Positions 10,826 to 19,608 of a stretch of DNA of 55,995 nt are shown piece by piece. Each line of letters begins with the position of its first letter. Position 1 is the first letter of the stretch. The notes below the pieces were generated by a model. That model did not search any database, was not told where the DNA came from, and saw nothing but the letters and a program-made list of their open reading frames with translations. The position numbers and the translations under genes are program-made. The stretch comes from Patescibacteria group bacterium (lineage in GTDB: Bacteria; Patescibacteriota; Patescibacteriia; Buchananbacterales; SURF-54): NCBI GenBank assembly GCA_018818885.1, contig JAHIRB010000035.1, positions 1 to 55,995 on the forward strand. The letters run 5' to 3'.

Positions 10826-10854
10826 TTGACAAATAAGAACAAATAAAATATACT
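10826..10854 (+). promoter_or_regulatory. sigma70 promoter of the T-box/GNAT/thrS unit
   Basis: TTGACA-17 nt-TATACT. Confidence 0.8.
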
Positions 10855-10859
10855 AAAAA

Positions 10860-11100
10860 TTACTTAAAAGTAATTGATGTGGCTACCAACCGCATATCCG
10901 CTTGTACAGTGGATTATAGTCAAATTGACTATACTAAGCTTTTAACGACAACCACATTAAAGAAGTGGTCTGGCCATTGTAGGGTCAGGCAAAATGGGTG
11001 GAACCGCGGGCCCCTACTACGCTCTTACGAGCTTCGTAGGGTAGATCAAGCCTCGTCCCAGGGATTGAAAAGTTTTCGATTTTTGAGACGAGGTTTTTTT
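10860..11100 (+). promoter_or_regulatory. T-box riboswitch (Thr)
   Basis: AAAATGGGTGGAACCGCG at 10991-11008; antiterminator partner CGTCCC at 11054-11059 overlaps terminator CCTCGTC/GACGAGG plus T7; thrS lies downstream. Confidence 0.85.
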
Positions 11101-11111
11101 CTAAATCTTTC

Positions 11112-11212
11112 TTGTCATCTCGACCGGTGTTATTGTTTATTCCGTGAGCGGAGAGATCTCACTCCAATTTTATCTGTAGGTGTGAGATCCTTCACTTCGT
11201 TCAGGATGACAA
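11112..11212. repeat. TGTCAT...ATGACA palindromic element, copy 3
   Basis: TTGTCATCTCGACCG...GAGATC...CAGGATGACAA. Confidence 0.88.
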
Positions 11213-11790
11213 ATAGAATAAACTTAATTACTAAATCTGTGATCTACAAAAAAAATTTAAAAGGCGAATTAATTAACTTACGCCCAGTTCAACTTTTGGA
11301 TGCTCCTAATTGGGTAAAATGGTTAAAAGATAAAGAAGTAACTCAATTTTTATCTGTTGGTCCGATAACGTTAGAGAAAGAGAAAAAATTGTTAAGAAAA
11401 ATGATTAAATCCAAAGATCAATATACCTTCGCCATTGAGACTAAAGAAGGTAAACATATTGGTGGCTGTGCCTTAAATAATATAGTAAAAGAAGCAAAGC
11501 ATGCTGAGTTTGGGATAATTATTGGTGATAAAGCTAGCTGGTCTAAAGGTTATGGCACTGACGCACTTGAATTACTACTAAACTTTGGCTTTAATAGATT
11601 AAAGTTAAAAAGAATTTATTTAAGGTGCATAGAATATAACAAGCGTGGAATCAGATGCTACGAAAAATGTGGTTTTGTTCACGAAGGAAAATTAAGAAAA
11701 CATATGTATAAAAAAGGTAAGCCGTGGGATGAAATTAGAATGTCAATATTAATTAATGAATATAATAAAAAATATGGAAAAAGAAAATAA
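11206..11790 (+). CDS. GNAT N-acetyltransferase (RimJ/RimL family); start ATG 11206 or GTG 11239
   Basis: LRPV...DA, WSKGYGTDAL, N.R.I.CYEKCGF.HEG.LR motifs. Confidence 0.88.
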   Translation: MTNRINLITKSVIYKKNLKGELINLRPVQLLDAPNWVKWLKDKEVTQFLSVGPITLEKEKKLLRKMIKSKDQYTFAIETKEGKHIGGCALNNIVKEAKHAEFGIIIGDKASWSKGYGTDALELLLNFGFNRLKLKRIYLRCIEYNKRGIRCYEKCGFVHEGKLRKHMYKKGKPWDEIRMSILINEYNKKYGKRK

Positions 11791-13528
11791 CAAACTTGAT
11801 GCCATGCGCCATTCAGCATCACACATAATGGCTTTGGCAGTAAAAAGCTTATTTGCCAAGGATGGCAAGGTTAAATTCGGCATCGGACCGACGATTGAAG
11901 ACGGTTTTTACTATGATTTTGAATTGCATCGACCATTGGTACTTCAAGACTTGCTTAAGATAGAAAAATTAATGAAAAATCTTATTAGTCAAAATTTGGG
12001 ATTCAAACAGGAAAAGGTAAGTGTTGCAGATGCAAAAATAATGTTTAAAGATCAGCCATACAAACTTGAATTGATTTCTGACTTGGCAAAAGATGGAGAA
12101 AAAAACGTTAGCATATACTTTAGTGGTGATTTTATGGATCTTTGTGCTGGCCCCCATGTCAAATCATCAAAAGAAATAAAGGCATTCAAGTTAACCAAGA
12201 TTGCTGGTGCCTATTGGAGGGGCGATGAAAAAAATACTCAATTACAGAGAATCTATGGTGTAGCTTTTGAAAACGAAAATAAACTTAATGAATATTTAGA
12301 ACGTCAAAAACAAGCTGAAGAACGAGATCATAGAAAAATCGGTACTGATTTAGATTTGTTTAGTGTGTCAGAGCAGTTTGGTGCAGGTTTGATACTTTGG
12401 CATCCAAATGGTGCATTGATTCGTCAGCAGATCGAAAAATTTGTCTTAGGTGAATATCAGAGCAAAGGATATCAGCTAGTGATGACACCCCATATAGCTA
12501 ATTTAAATTTGTTTAAAACTTCCGGGCACTGGAATTTTTATCGTGAAGGTATGTATTCACCAATGGATATCGATAACGAACAGTATGTAACTAAGCCAAT
12601 GAATTGCCCGGGACATGTTTTAATTTACAAAACTAAGCAAAGAAGCTATCGTGAACTGCCAATTAGATATACCGAGCTAGGCACTGTTTATAGATACGAA
12701 AGATCAGGCACATTGCACGGATTAACTCGCGTTAGGGGATTCACACAAGATGATGCTCATATAATTTGTACACCAAAACAGTTAGAGCCAGAATTAGTTG
12801 ATGTGATTAAATTGACCAAATTTATACTTGAAACTTTTGGTTTTAAGGATTTTGATGTTAATTTGTCAGTACGTGATCCAAAGAATAAGAAAAAATATTT
12901 AGGTAATGATAAGCAATGGGAGTTGGCAGAAAAAGCATTGGCTAATTCAATTAAAAAAGTCGGTTGGAAACACAAAATCGACGAAGGCGAAGCAGTATTT
13001 TATGGCCCTAAGATGGATATTAAAGTTAAAGATACAATAGGCCGTGAATGGCAGATTTCAACATTACAAGTTGATTTCAACTTACCAGAAAGATTTAAGA
13101 TGGAATATATAGACGAGAAAGGCAAGAAAACACAGCCGTTCATGTTGCATCGCGCATTGTTGGGTTCTGTGGAAAGATTTATGGGAGTATTAATAGAACA
13201 TTATGCTGGAGCGTTTCCAGTTTGGTTATCGCCAGTTCAAGTTCAAATTATTCCTGTTGGAGCTGATTTTGTAAAATTGTCAAATGAACTTGCAGATGAA
13301 CTAAAATCAAATGGAATAAGAGTATTTGTAGATGATCTTAACGAAACTGTAGGAAATAAAATAAGAAAAGCAGAAAAGCAAAAAGTACCGTACATGTTAG
13401 TGATGGGAGAGAAAGAAGCTAAGAGTAAGGATTTGAATGTTCGGGTGAGGGGAGTTAAAGAAGTCAAAACTATTAGTAAGTCAAAATTTATTAAAGATAT
13501 ATTAGAGCAGATAGAAAAGAGAAAATAA
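11774..13528 (+). CDS. thrS: threonine--tRNA ligase (short form without TGS domain)
   Basis: RHSASH, DLCAGPH, GAYWRGD, RDHRKIG, KPMNCP, AVFYGPK. Confidence 0.97.
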   Translation: MEKENNKLDAMRHSASHIMALAVKSLFAKDGKVKFGIGPTIEDGFYYDFELHRPLVLQDLLKIEKLMKNLISQNLGFKQEKVSVADAKIMFKDQPYKLELISDLAKDGEKNVSIYFSGDFMDLCAGPHVKSSKEIKAFKLTKIAGAYWRGDEKNTQLQRIYGVAFENENKLNEYLERQKQAEERDHRKIGTDLDLFSVSEQFGAGLILWHPNGALIRQQIEKFVLGEYQSKGYQLVMTPHIANLNLFKTSGHWNFYREGMYSPMDIDNEQYVTKPMNCPGHVLIYKTKQRSYRELPIRYTELGTVYRYERSGTLHGLTRVRGFTQDDAHIICTPKQLEPELVDVIKLTKFILETFGFKDFDVNLSVRDPKNKKKYLGNDKQWELAEKALANSIKKVGWKHKIDEGEAVFYGPKMDIKVKDTIGREWQISTLQVDFNLPERFKMEYIDEKGKKTQPFMLHRALLGSVERFMGVLIEHYAGAFPVWLSPVQVQIIPVGADFVKLSNELADELKSNGIRVFVDDLNETVGNKIRKAEKQKVPYMLVMGEKEAKSKDLNVRVRGVKEVKTISKSKFIKDILEQIEKRK

Positions 13529-13538
13529 TACTTCATAT

Positions 13539-13590
13539 AAAAAAAAGAAGCCCCGGGGAACGAAGTCGTGCTGACTTGTCCCCGGGGTTT
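13539..13590. terminator. bidirectional intrinsic terminator
   Basis: A-tract-CCCCGGG...CCCGGGG-TTTT between convergent genes. Confidence 0.8.
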
Positions 13591-13602
13591 TCGACAATTA
13601 TC

Positions 13603-14475
13603 TTAATACGGATAACCATATACGTTGGTCGGCCATATATCTTGTACTTCTTCGATTGACAGGTAACCGTCATCCCACCCCATCAAATCGACCGGCGCGT
13701 AAAACCCGGTGCCTTCCTCTGAATAGAACCAGTTGTTATTAAGTATCAAATCTGAAGGTACTTCTCCATCCTCGTAATCGCTACCGAAAGCAATTCCACA
13801 TCCCCAGGCATTTTCCAGATGATGAAATATGTTATTTGAGAATTCAACATTCCCATCATATGGATCTGTCCACCTTTTGAGTACCCGATTATCTTGTCGG
13901 TGCACGATGGTACAGTTTCTTACCTTTGAGGGGCCGCCCCAGAATGCGAGTGCTCTGAATCCCTCAATGTGAGAGTATTTGACATTGATTTTAACATTTT
14001 GGAATGTTGCCAGAGTTTCTGCCATGGAGGCGTCTGTTGGTGTATAGAGTTTACACCCATCAATATGAAGATCTATACCGCCCCTGGTATCCACGTCTGA
14101 CAATCCTATAGCTCGAACCGCGGATTTGTATCCGTCATGCCGATCTTCAATAATGGTAAGACCGATGAGTCGTACAACAACCGTAGAATCATTTTCTGAT
14201 TCGCCGATAGTTACAACTCCGCCTCTGCCGAGGACCGTGTCCACTCCCCGGATAGTTGCACCCCGTGAACGATTGATCAGGGTCAGAGACTTTTTCAGAA
14301 AGATCTGTTCGTAGTCCCCATCCTCAATAATAAGGATGGATCCAGGTTCAGCAAGTTCAATGGCGGCCTGAAGATCATCCCCGTTCTTCACGTGGACAAC
14401 TTTCGGTGAATTGCACGCGCTGAGAAGCGCAATGCACAATACAACCAGGATGGGAAATATACTTTTGGTGTTCAT
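13603..14475 (-). CDS. lipoprotein with pectin-lyase-like beta-helix fold
   Basis: LLSAC lipobox; V..GDDLQAAI..A.PG..L.I..G.Y N-terminal motif; AGGAG SD before ATG 14475. Confidence 0.7.
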   Translation of the reverse strand: MNTKSIFPILVVLCIALLSACNSPKVVHVKNGDDLQAAIELAEPGSILIIEDGDYEQIFLKKSLTLINRSRGATIRGVDTVLGRGGVVTIGESENDSTVVVRLIGLTIIEDRHDGYKSAVRAIGLSDVDTRGGIDLHIDGCKLYTPTDASMAETLATFQNVKINVKYSHIEGFRALAFWGGPSKVRNCTIVHRQDNRVLKRWTDPYDGNVEFSNNIFHHLENAWGCGIAFGSDYEDGEVPSDLILNNNWFYSEEGTGFYAPVDLMGWDDGYLSIEEVQDIWPTNVYGYPY

Positions 14476-14616
14476 TTCATTTCTCCTCATTTTTCGATAT
14501 CGATTTCAGTTATGTCGATTCTGCTTCTGTACCACCTCTTTTTAGGTAGTACCACCTCCTTTCAATTTTTCAATTTTAGTGTGCATTCAAAAAACATTGC
14601 ATTTTTGCAATATATT

Positions 14617-14645
14617 AATATGGCATAATTAAGAAAATTTGTCAA
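14617..14645 (-). promoter_or_regulatory. promoter of lipoprotein gene
   Basis: minus strand TTGACA-17-CATATT with TGn extension. Confidence 0.55.
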
Positions 14646-14700
14646 TATTTTTAGAATATTACTTGAGTAAATACTGTAAAATTGGTACTATTTATAGGTT

Positions 14701-16008
14701 ATGAAATACCACATCATCACATTCGGTTACCAGTTTAATAAGTCGGATGCTGAGAAAGTTACCAAGGTGCTTACGGACTACGGCTATCAGTCGACAGATA
14801 CATTAGACAAAGCTGATGTTGTTTTGGTTTTGGCTTGTTCTGTACGTCAGTCAGCTATAGACAGGATTGATGGCTTAAAAAGAAAGTTTGCCAAGATAAA
14901 AAAGACCAGGCCTTTGATTACAATTTTGTCTGGATGTGTTTTGAAAACAGATATGGGGAAGATGAGGAAATTTTTTGATGTTGTACTTGATATTAGAGAT
15001 TTATCGAAGTTGCCAGAGAAGATATCAGGGACCCGCCTCCGTCAAGACTTTGGCGGGCAGGTCAGTAATCAGGGATCAGTGTCGGGATATTTTGATTTAC
15101 ACCCAGCTTATAAGTCAAATTTTCAAGCATATGTGCCGATAATGACTGGTTGTGATAATTTTTGTGCTTATTGTGTTGTACCTTATGTTAGAGGTAGGGA
15201 ACAATCACGAAAAGCATCAGATATTATCGCAGAGTGTAAGTCATTGATCAGTAAAGGCTATAAAGAAATTACTTTATTGGGGCAGAATGTAAATAGTTAT
15301 CAAGGTACAATGTATAAGTGTCAAGGTACAATGACATTTTCTAAGCTTTTACAAAAAATTGATAGTATACCAGGAAGGTATTGGCTGCGGTTTATGACTT
15401 CGCATCCTAAAGATTTTTCCGATGAATTGATTGACATCATGTCAAATAGTAAACACATCACACCATATTTACATTTACCTATTCAAGCAGGGGATGATCA
15501 AGTTTTAAAAAGTATGAATCGAAAGTATAAGGTTGGTCATTATAAAAAACTAGTCAATAAAGTCAGAAAAGCTATACCCAACATGTCACTTTCTACAGAT
15601 GTTATTGTGGGTTTTCCTGGTGAGACTAAAAAGCAATTTAACAATACAGCCAAAGTATTTAAAGATTTAAAATTTGATATGGCTTATATTTCTCAGTATT
15701 CGCAGAGAGCAGGAACTGCTGCTGCCAAGTTAGAAGATAATGTACCTAAAGTAGAAAAAAAGAAACGAGATAAAATATTGACAGAAATATTAAAAAAAAC
15801 ATCATTAGAATATAATAAAAAATTTATCGGAAATGTAGTTGAGGTATTGGTGGAAGAAAATAAAAATGGGTATAATATTGGTAGGACTGATACTTATAAA
15901 ACAGTCAAACTGAAATCAAACAAAGATTTGAAAGGAAAGTTTGTACGAGTTAAAATAAAAAAAGGCCCATCAGCTTTTGGACTTACAGGCGAATTGGTTA
16001 GCGATTGA
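14701..16008 (+). CDS. miaB: tRNA-i6A37 methylthiotransferase
   Basis: ACSVRQ, CDNFCAYC radical SAM motif, HLPIQAGDD.VL..MNR, C-terminal TRAM domain; lies next to miaA. Confidence 0.93.
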   Translation: MKYHIITFGYQFNKSDAEKVTKVLTDYGYQSTDTLDKADVVLVLACSVRQSAIDRIDGLKRKFAKIKKTRPLITILSGCVLKTDMGKMRKFFDVVLDIRDLSKLPEKISGTRLRQDFGGQVSNQGSVSGYFDLHPAYKSNFQAYVPIMTGCDNFCAYCVVPYVRGREQSRKASDIIAECKSLISKGYKEITLLGQNVNSYQGTMYKCQGTMTFSKLLQKIDSIPGRYWLRFMTSHPKDFSDELIDIMSNSKHITPYLHLPIQAGDDQVLKSMNRKYKVGHYKKLVNKVRKAIPNMSLSTDVIVGFPGETKKQFNNTAKVFKDLKFDMAYISQYSQRAGTAAAKLEDNVPKVEKKKRDKILTEILKKTSLEYNKKFIGNVVEVLVEENKNGYNIGRTDTYKTVKLKSNKDLKGKFVRVKIKKGPSAFGLTGELVSD

Positions 16009-16010
16009 GT

Positions 16011-16205
16011 TCACCATGATAAGATTTGTAATTGTCTTGCAAGTGAAAAAATATCACTGATTTCTGATCCTTTTGTACTGTGTATACCACGCGCGTGGTC
16101 GCAACCTTTGTTCCAGCATAGTGGGTTTTTGTTATCACGATTTTCTGGATATGGGCATACAGACACGAATTCTTCTTTGCGGTGGCAATAAAATTGATCA
16201 CTCAT
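16011..16205 (-). CDS. small Cys/His-rich hypothetical protein
   Basis: GGAGG SD before ATG 16205; four Cys. Confidence 0.55.
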   Translation of the reverse strand: MSDQFYCHRKEEFVSVCPYPENRDNKNPLCWNKGCDHARGIHSTKGSEISDIFSLARQLQILSW

Positions 16206-16216
16206 TTTCCCCTCCA

Positions 16217-16474
16217 TTAATTTCGACAAGAATTACATATGCCATTCACAATTTTGAAATCTTTACATTGTATTGGACAGCCATCGTAGGAAGAAAAATA
16301 TCCTCCAATGTTTTCGTCTGAATGCTTGCAGGTAAACATGTGTTTTTTAGCTTCAGCTGTTCGTAGTCGATGTATAATTTGTTCATTTCTTTTACAAGTT
16401 CCTGGTACTTTATCACTTCTACCCCTTGGTTTTGTTAGCCATCTTATACGACCTAATTTTCCTTGTCTATTCAT
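16217..16474 (-). CDS. small basic hypothetical protein
   Basis: GGAG SD before ATG 16474; C-terminal Cys cluster. Confidence 0.5.
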   Translation of the reverse strand: MNRQGKLGRIRWLTKPRGRSDKVPGTCKRNEQIIHRLRTAEAKKHMFTCKHSDENIGGYFSSYDGCPIQCKDFKIVNGICNSCRN

Positions 16475-16548
16475 TGTTATTTCTCCACTTTTGTATAATA
16501 ATCCTAACGTAGTATGTTGTGTAACAATCATCACTATATTAATAAAAT

Positions 16549-17469
16549 ATGAATAAAAAGTCAAATAAAAAAGTAATAGTCATTTTAGGTCCAACAGCAT
16601 CTGGTAAAACAAAACTGGCTGTTAAATTAGCCAGCAAGTTTAATGGTGAAATAATTTCCGCAGATTCACGGCAAGTTTATGTTGATATGGATATTGGAAC
16701 AGGAAAAGATTTAGCAGAATATATAGTCAAGGTACAAGGTACAAGGTACAAGGTACCATATCATTTAATTGATGTCGTTTCGCCTAAATCTCAGTTTACG
16801 GTAGGTGTGTATCAAAAATTAGCCAACATAGCTATCCAGGATGTCATAAAACGTCAAAAATTGCCCATTATATGCGGTGGAACTGCTTTTTATATTCAGT
16901 CAATAGTAGATGGTATTGTATTGCCTCCTAAGACTTCAAGTCAGTTACGTCAAAAATTGAATAAGCTGACATTGAAGCAGCTATTAGTTAAATTGAAAAA
17001 ACTTGACTCAGCATCATATCGTCAAATAGACAAAAAGAACAGAAGGCGAGTGCAGCGTGCAGTTGAGGTGTGCTTGTATACAAGTGAAAAATTTTCATCA
17101 TTTGGCCAAAAACAAAAAATAGACTATGAGTTTTTGATCTTAGGATTAACTTGGCCAAGAGAAGTTTTGAAAAAAAGAAGCACCAAGAGACTAAAAGTCA
17201 GGCTTGAAAAAGAAGGTATGATCAATGAGGTTAAAAGATTGCATAAACAAGGAGTCAGTTGGAAAAGAATGGATGAGTTTGGCTTGGAATATCGCTGGGT
17301 TTCTAGATATCTTCAAAAGAAAATCACATATGACGAAATGTTTGAAGGTTTGAATAATGATATTAATAATTTTGCTAAAAGGCAGATGACGTGGTTTAAA
17401 AAAGATAAGAGGATTAAGTGGGTGAAGAATTATAAATCAGCAAAAAAATTAGTAAAGGAATTTTTATAG
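16549..17469 (+). CDS. miaA: tRNA dimethylallyltransferase
   Basis: GPTASGKT, IISADSRQVY, GGTAFY, AKRQMTWF. Confidence 0.97.
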   Translation: MNKKSNKKVIVILGPTASGKTKLAVKLASKFNGEIISADSRQVYVDMDIGTGKDLAEYIVKVQGTRYKVPYHLIDVVSPKSQFTVGVYQKLANIAIQDVIKRQKLPIICGGTAFYIQSIVDGIVLPPKTSSQLRQKLNKLTLKQLLVKLKKLDSASYRQIDKKNRRRVQRAVEVCLYTSEKFSSFGQKQKIDYEFLILGLTWPREVLKKRSTKRLKVRLEKEGMINEVKRLHKQGVSWKRMDEFGLEYRWVSRYLQKKITYDEMFEGLNNDINNFAKRQMTWFKKDKRIKWVKNYKSAKKLVKEFL

Positions 17470-18276
17470 CGGGCTTTTAATTTTTTTAAGCCGAGGATTG
17501 GTTACCTGTGTATATATTTGAGTGGTTCTGATATTTTGATGGCCAAGCAATTCCTGTACGTAGCGCACGTCAACGCCGTTTTCCAACAGGTGAGTGGCAA
17601 AACTATGGCGCAAACTGTGAAAGGTCGCGTTTTTTTTGATGTTTGCTTTTTTTAACGAATTAGCAAACACTTTTTGTGCGGTTCTTTCTGTAAGTTTGCC
17701 CCCACGCTCACTTGAAAAGATATAGTCATTTTTATCTTTTCCAGCAATAAGATTTTGAAGGTCAATTTTTAATTTTTCAGGCATAATGGTAATTCTGTCC
17801 TTTTTTCCCTTAGCTTGCCTGATGTGAATTGTTAGCTCCAAAAGGTCAAGATCTTGTATCTTAAGATTGATAATTTCGCTTACCCTTAAGCCTGATCCAT
17901 AAGCTAAAGATAAAAGCAGTTTATGTTTGTTATTAGTTGTAACTTCAATAATTTTTTTAATTTCATTTCTTGATAAAACAACAGGCAAGAATTTATTTCT
18001 CTTAGCTATTCTTATCTGAATTGGGGTGAAGGATTTGGCGACGTCACGATAATAAAATTTAATCGCATTCAAATAAAGATTCCGCGTCTGGACCGAGATA
18101 GCCTTTTCTTCAGCATAAAGCAGGAAGTTTTTGATATTTTCCTCATCTAATTTTTCTAAGCCACTTTGCTTAAAGGTAAAATATTCTTTTAAGCCATAAA
18201 CATAGCTTTTTATGGTTTTTTGGCTAAAATTGCGTATTTTTAATTCACGCTTTACTTTCTCTAGTTCTTTTTGCAT
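17464..18276 (-). CDS. IntI-like tyrosine recombinase lacking the IntI-specific insertion
   Basis: N-terminal SAM-like domain (RNFSQKTIKSY); catalytic R (GLRVSE), K (KGKKDR), HSLRH, LGH, Y (TTQIY); C-terminal SPL; 3' end overlaps miaA by 6 nt. Confidence 0.93.
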   Translation of the reverse strand: MQKELEKVKRELKIRNFSQKTIKSYVYGLKEYFTFKQSGLEKLDEENIKNFLLYAEEKAISVQTRNLYLNAIKFYYRDVAKSFTPIQIRIAKRNKFLPVVLSRNEIKKIIEVTTNNKHKLLLSLAYGSGLRVSEIINLKIQDLDLLELTIHIRQAKGKKDRITIMPEKLKIDLQNLIAGKDKNDYIFSSERGGKLTERTAQKVFANSLKKANIKKNATFHSLRHSFATHLLENGVDVRYVQELLGHQNIRTTQIYTQVTNPRLKKIKSPL

Positions 18277-18299
18277 ATTTGTTATTTTTCAAGTAAAAT
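18271..18299 (+). promoter_or_regulatory. candidate Pc cassette promoter
   Basis: TTGCAT-17-TAAAAT overlapping the integrase start codon and pointing into the array. Confidence 0.55.
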
Positions 18300-18321
18300 T
18301 ATGATAGTTAATAGTATCAAT

Positions 18322-18350
18322 ACCTTATCATAAGTTCGCATAACATACAA
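18322..18350 (-). promoter_or_regulatory. candidate Pint integrase promoter
   Basis: minus strand TTGTAT-17-TAAGGT with TGn extension. Confidence 0.4.
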
Positions 18351-18373
18351 TATTACGGTTATTATACGAAAAC

Positions 18374-18402
18374 ACTTCGTATAATAACGAGTTATATGAA
18401 AT
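18374..18402 (+). other. attI-like primary recombination site
   Basis: ACTTCGTATAA-TAACGAG-TTATATGAAAT (11-7-11, arms 9/11 symmetric); GTTATATGA matches TCATATAAC at the end of cassette 1; crossover inferred at G18391|T. Confidence 0.8.
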
Positions 18403-18438
18403 AATTTATCAAAATTTTAGTTTTTAATATTTTGCATC

Positions 18439-19587
18439 ATGAAAATCAGAACAATAACAACTGGCGTGTCGCTTCAATCACCTGACATTGAAGATCAAAT
18501 TAGGCAAACTGCTGAATTCAATCAGAAAGCCAAAGAAGTATTTGAAAAAGCAGGTTATGAAGTACAAACAACCAGAATAGCCACTAATTGCTGGGAAGAA
18601 TATCTTGGTAGTCTTTCAGACGCAGAAATTGTAAGTGCGATTCAAAAAATAGAACAAATTTGCCAAAGCCTCGACGTGAGTTTTTTCAATATGGGCTACG
18701 CAAAAACGCCTGATAAAATAAAACTCATCCCTGAATTTAATAAAGTTACATCTCAAATTTCATGCTCCGCCAAAATCGGCGACAAGGACAGTGGAATAGA
18801 TTTTGAAAATACCAAAATAGCAGCTCAAGTTATCAAACGAATTGCAGAGGAAACCGAAAACGGTTACGGCAATTTTAGATTCTGCGCCTCCGCAAATTGT
18901 AAGCCAGGCATTCCGTTCTTTCCAACCGGCTTTCACGAGGGAGAAACCGCTTTCGGTATTGGCTTGGAGTGCGGAGACTTAGCCGTGAAGGCATTTTCAA
19001 AATCAAGCAATCTCATAGAAGCAGAGCAAAACCTAAAAGCAATATTTGAAGAAGAAACTAAGAAAGTCGCCGATTTGGCTCAACAGATTTCAAAAGACTT
19101 TGGCATTGGCTATAACGGTATTGATGCTTCACTAAATCCAGGACTTGAAGAGCATGAAAGTATTGCTTTTGCGTTTGAAAAACTCGGCTTTGGCAAATTT
19201 GGAAATCAAGGAACACTTACAATTTCTGCTTTGGTCACTCGTGTACTCAAAGGTTTGTCAGTTAAGATATGTGGCTATTCTGGTCTTATGCTCCCAGTAT
19301 GCGAAGACCTTGGACTTGCAACAAGAGCAAATGAAGCTACTTACGGCATTACTAACCTGCTTTTATATTCAGCAGTTTGTGGTGTTGGTTTAGACACAGT
19401 TCCAATTCCAGGCGACACGCCAGCAGAAAAGATTGAAGCGACACTTCTCGATATGGCGACTTTAGCAATTAAGTTAGATAAACCATTATCAGCTCGTTTA
19501 TTCCCAGTTCCAGGCAAAAAAGCAGGAGAAATGACAGATTTCAAGTCACCATATCTCGTAGACTGCAAAATATTAAAAATTGAATAA
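18439..19587 (+). CDS. cassette 1: DUF711-family protein
   Basis: MKIRTIT start, PGIPFFP, G.SGLMLPV.ED, SAVCGVGLDTVP.PG. Confidence 0.8.
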   Translation: MKIRTITTGVSLQSPDIEDQIRQTAEFNQKAKEVFEKAGYEVQTTRIATNCWEEYLGSLSDAEIVSAIQKIEQICQSLDVSFFNMGYAKTPDKIKLIPEFNKVTSQISCSAKIGDKDSGIDFENTKIAAQVIKRIAEETENGYGNFRFCASANCKPGIPFFPTGFHEGETAFGIGLECGDLAVKAFSKSSNLIEAEQNLKAIFEEETKKVADLAQQISKDFGIGYNGIDASLNPGLEEHESIAFAFEKLGFGKFGNQGTLTISALVTRVLKGLSVKICGYSGLMLPVCEDLGLATRANEATYGITNLLLYSAVCGVGLDTVPIPGDTPAEKIEATLLDMATLAIKLDKPLSARLFPVPGKKAGEMTDFKSPYLVDCKILKIE

Positions 19588-19608
19588 AAAATTTTGATAA
19601 ATTACATC

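Noticed and set aside
10879-11205. N-terminal 109 codons of the 303-aa ORF
   Set aside because: They run through the T-box, its terminator and a palindromic repeat; the GNAT domain starts after 11206.
18358-18388. loxP-like site (TTCGTATA / TATACGAA)
   Set aside because: The arms are in the opposite order to loxP with a 5-nt gap; the attC stem consensus explains them better.
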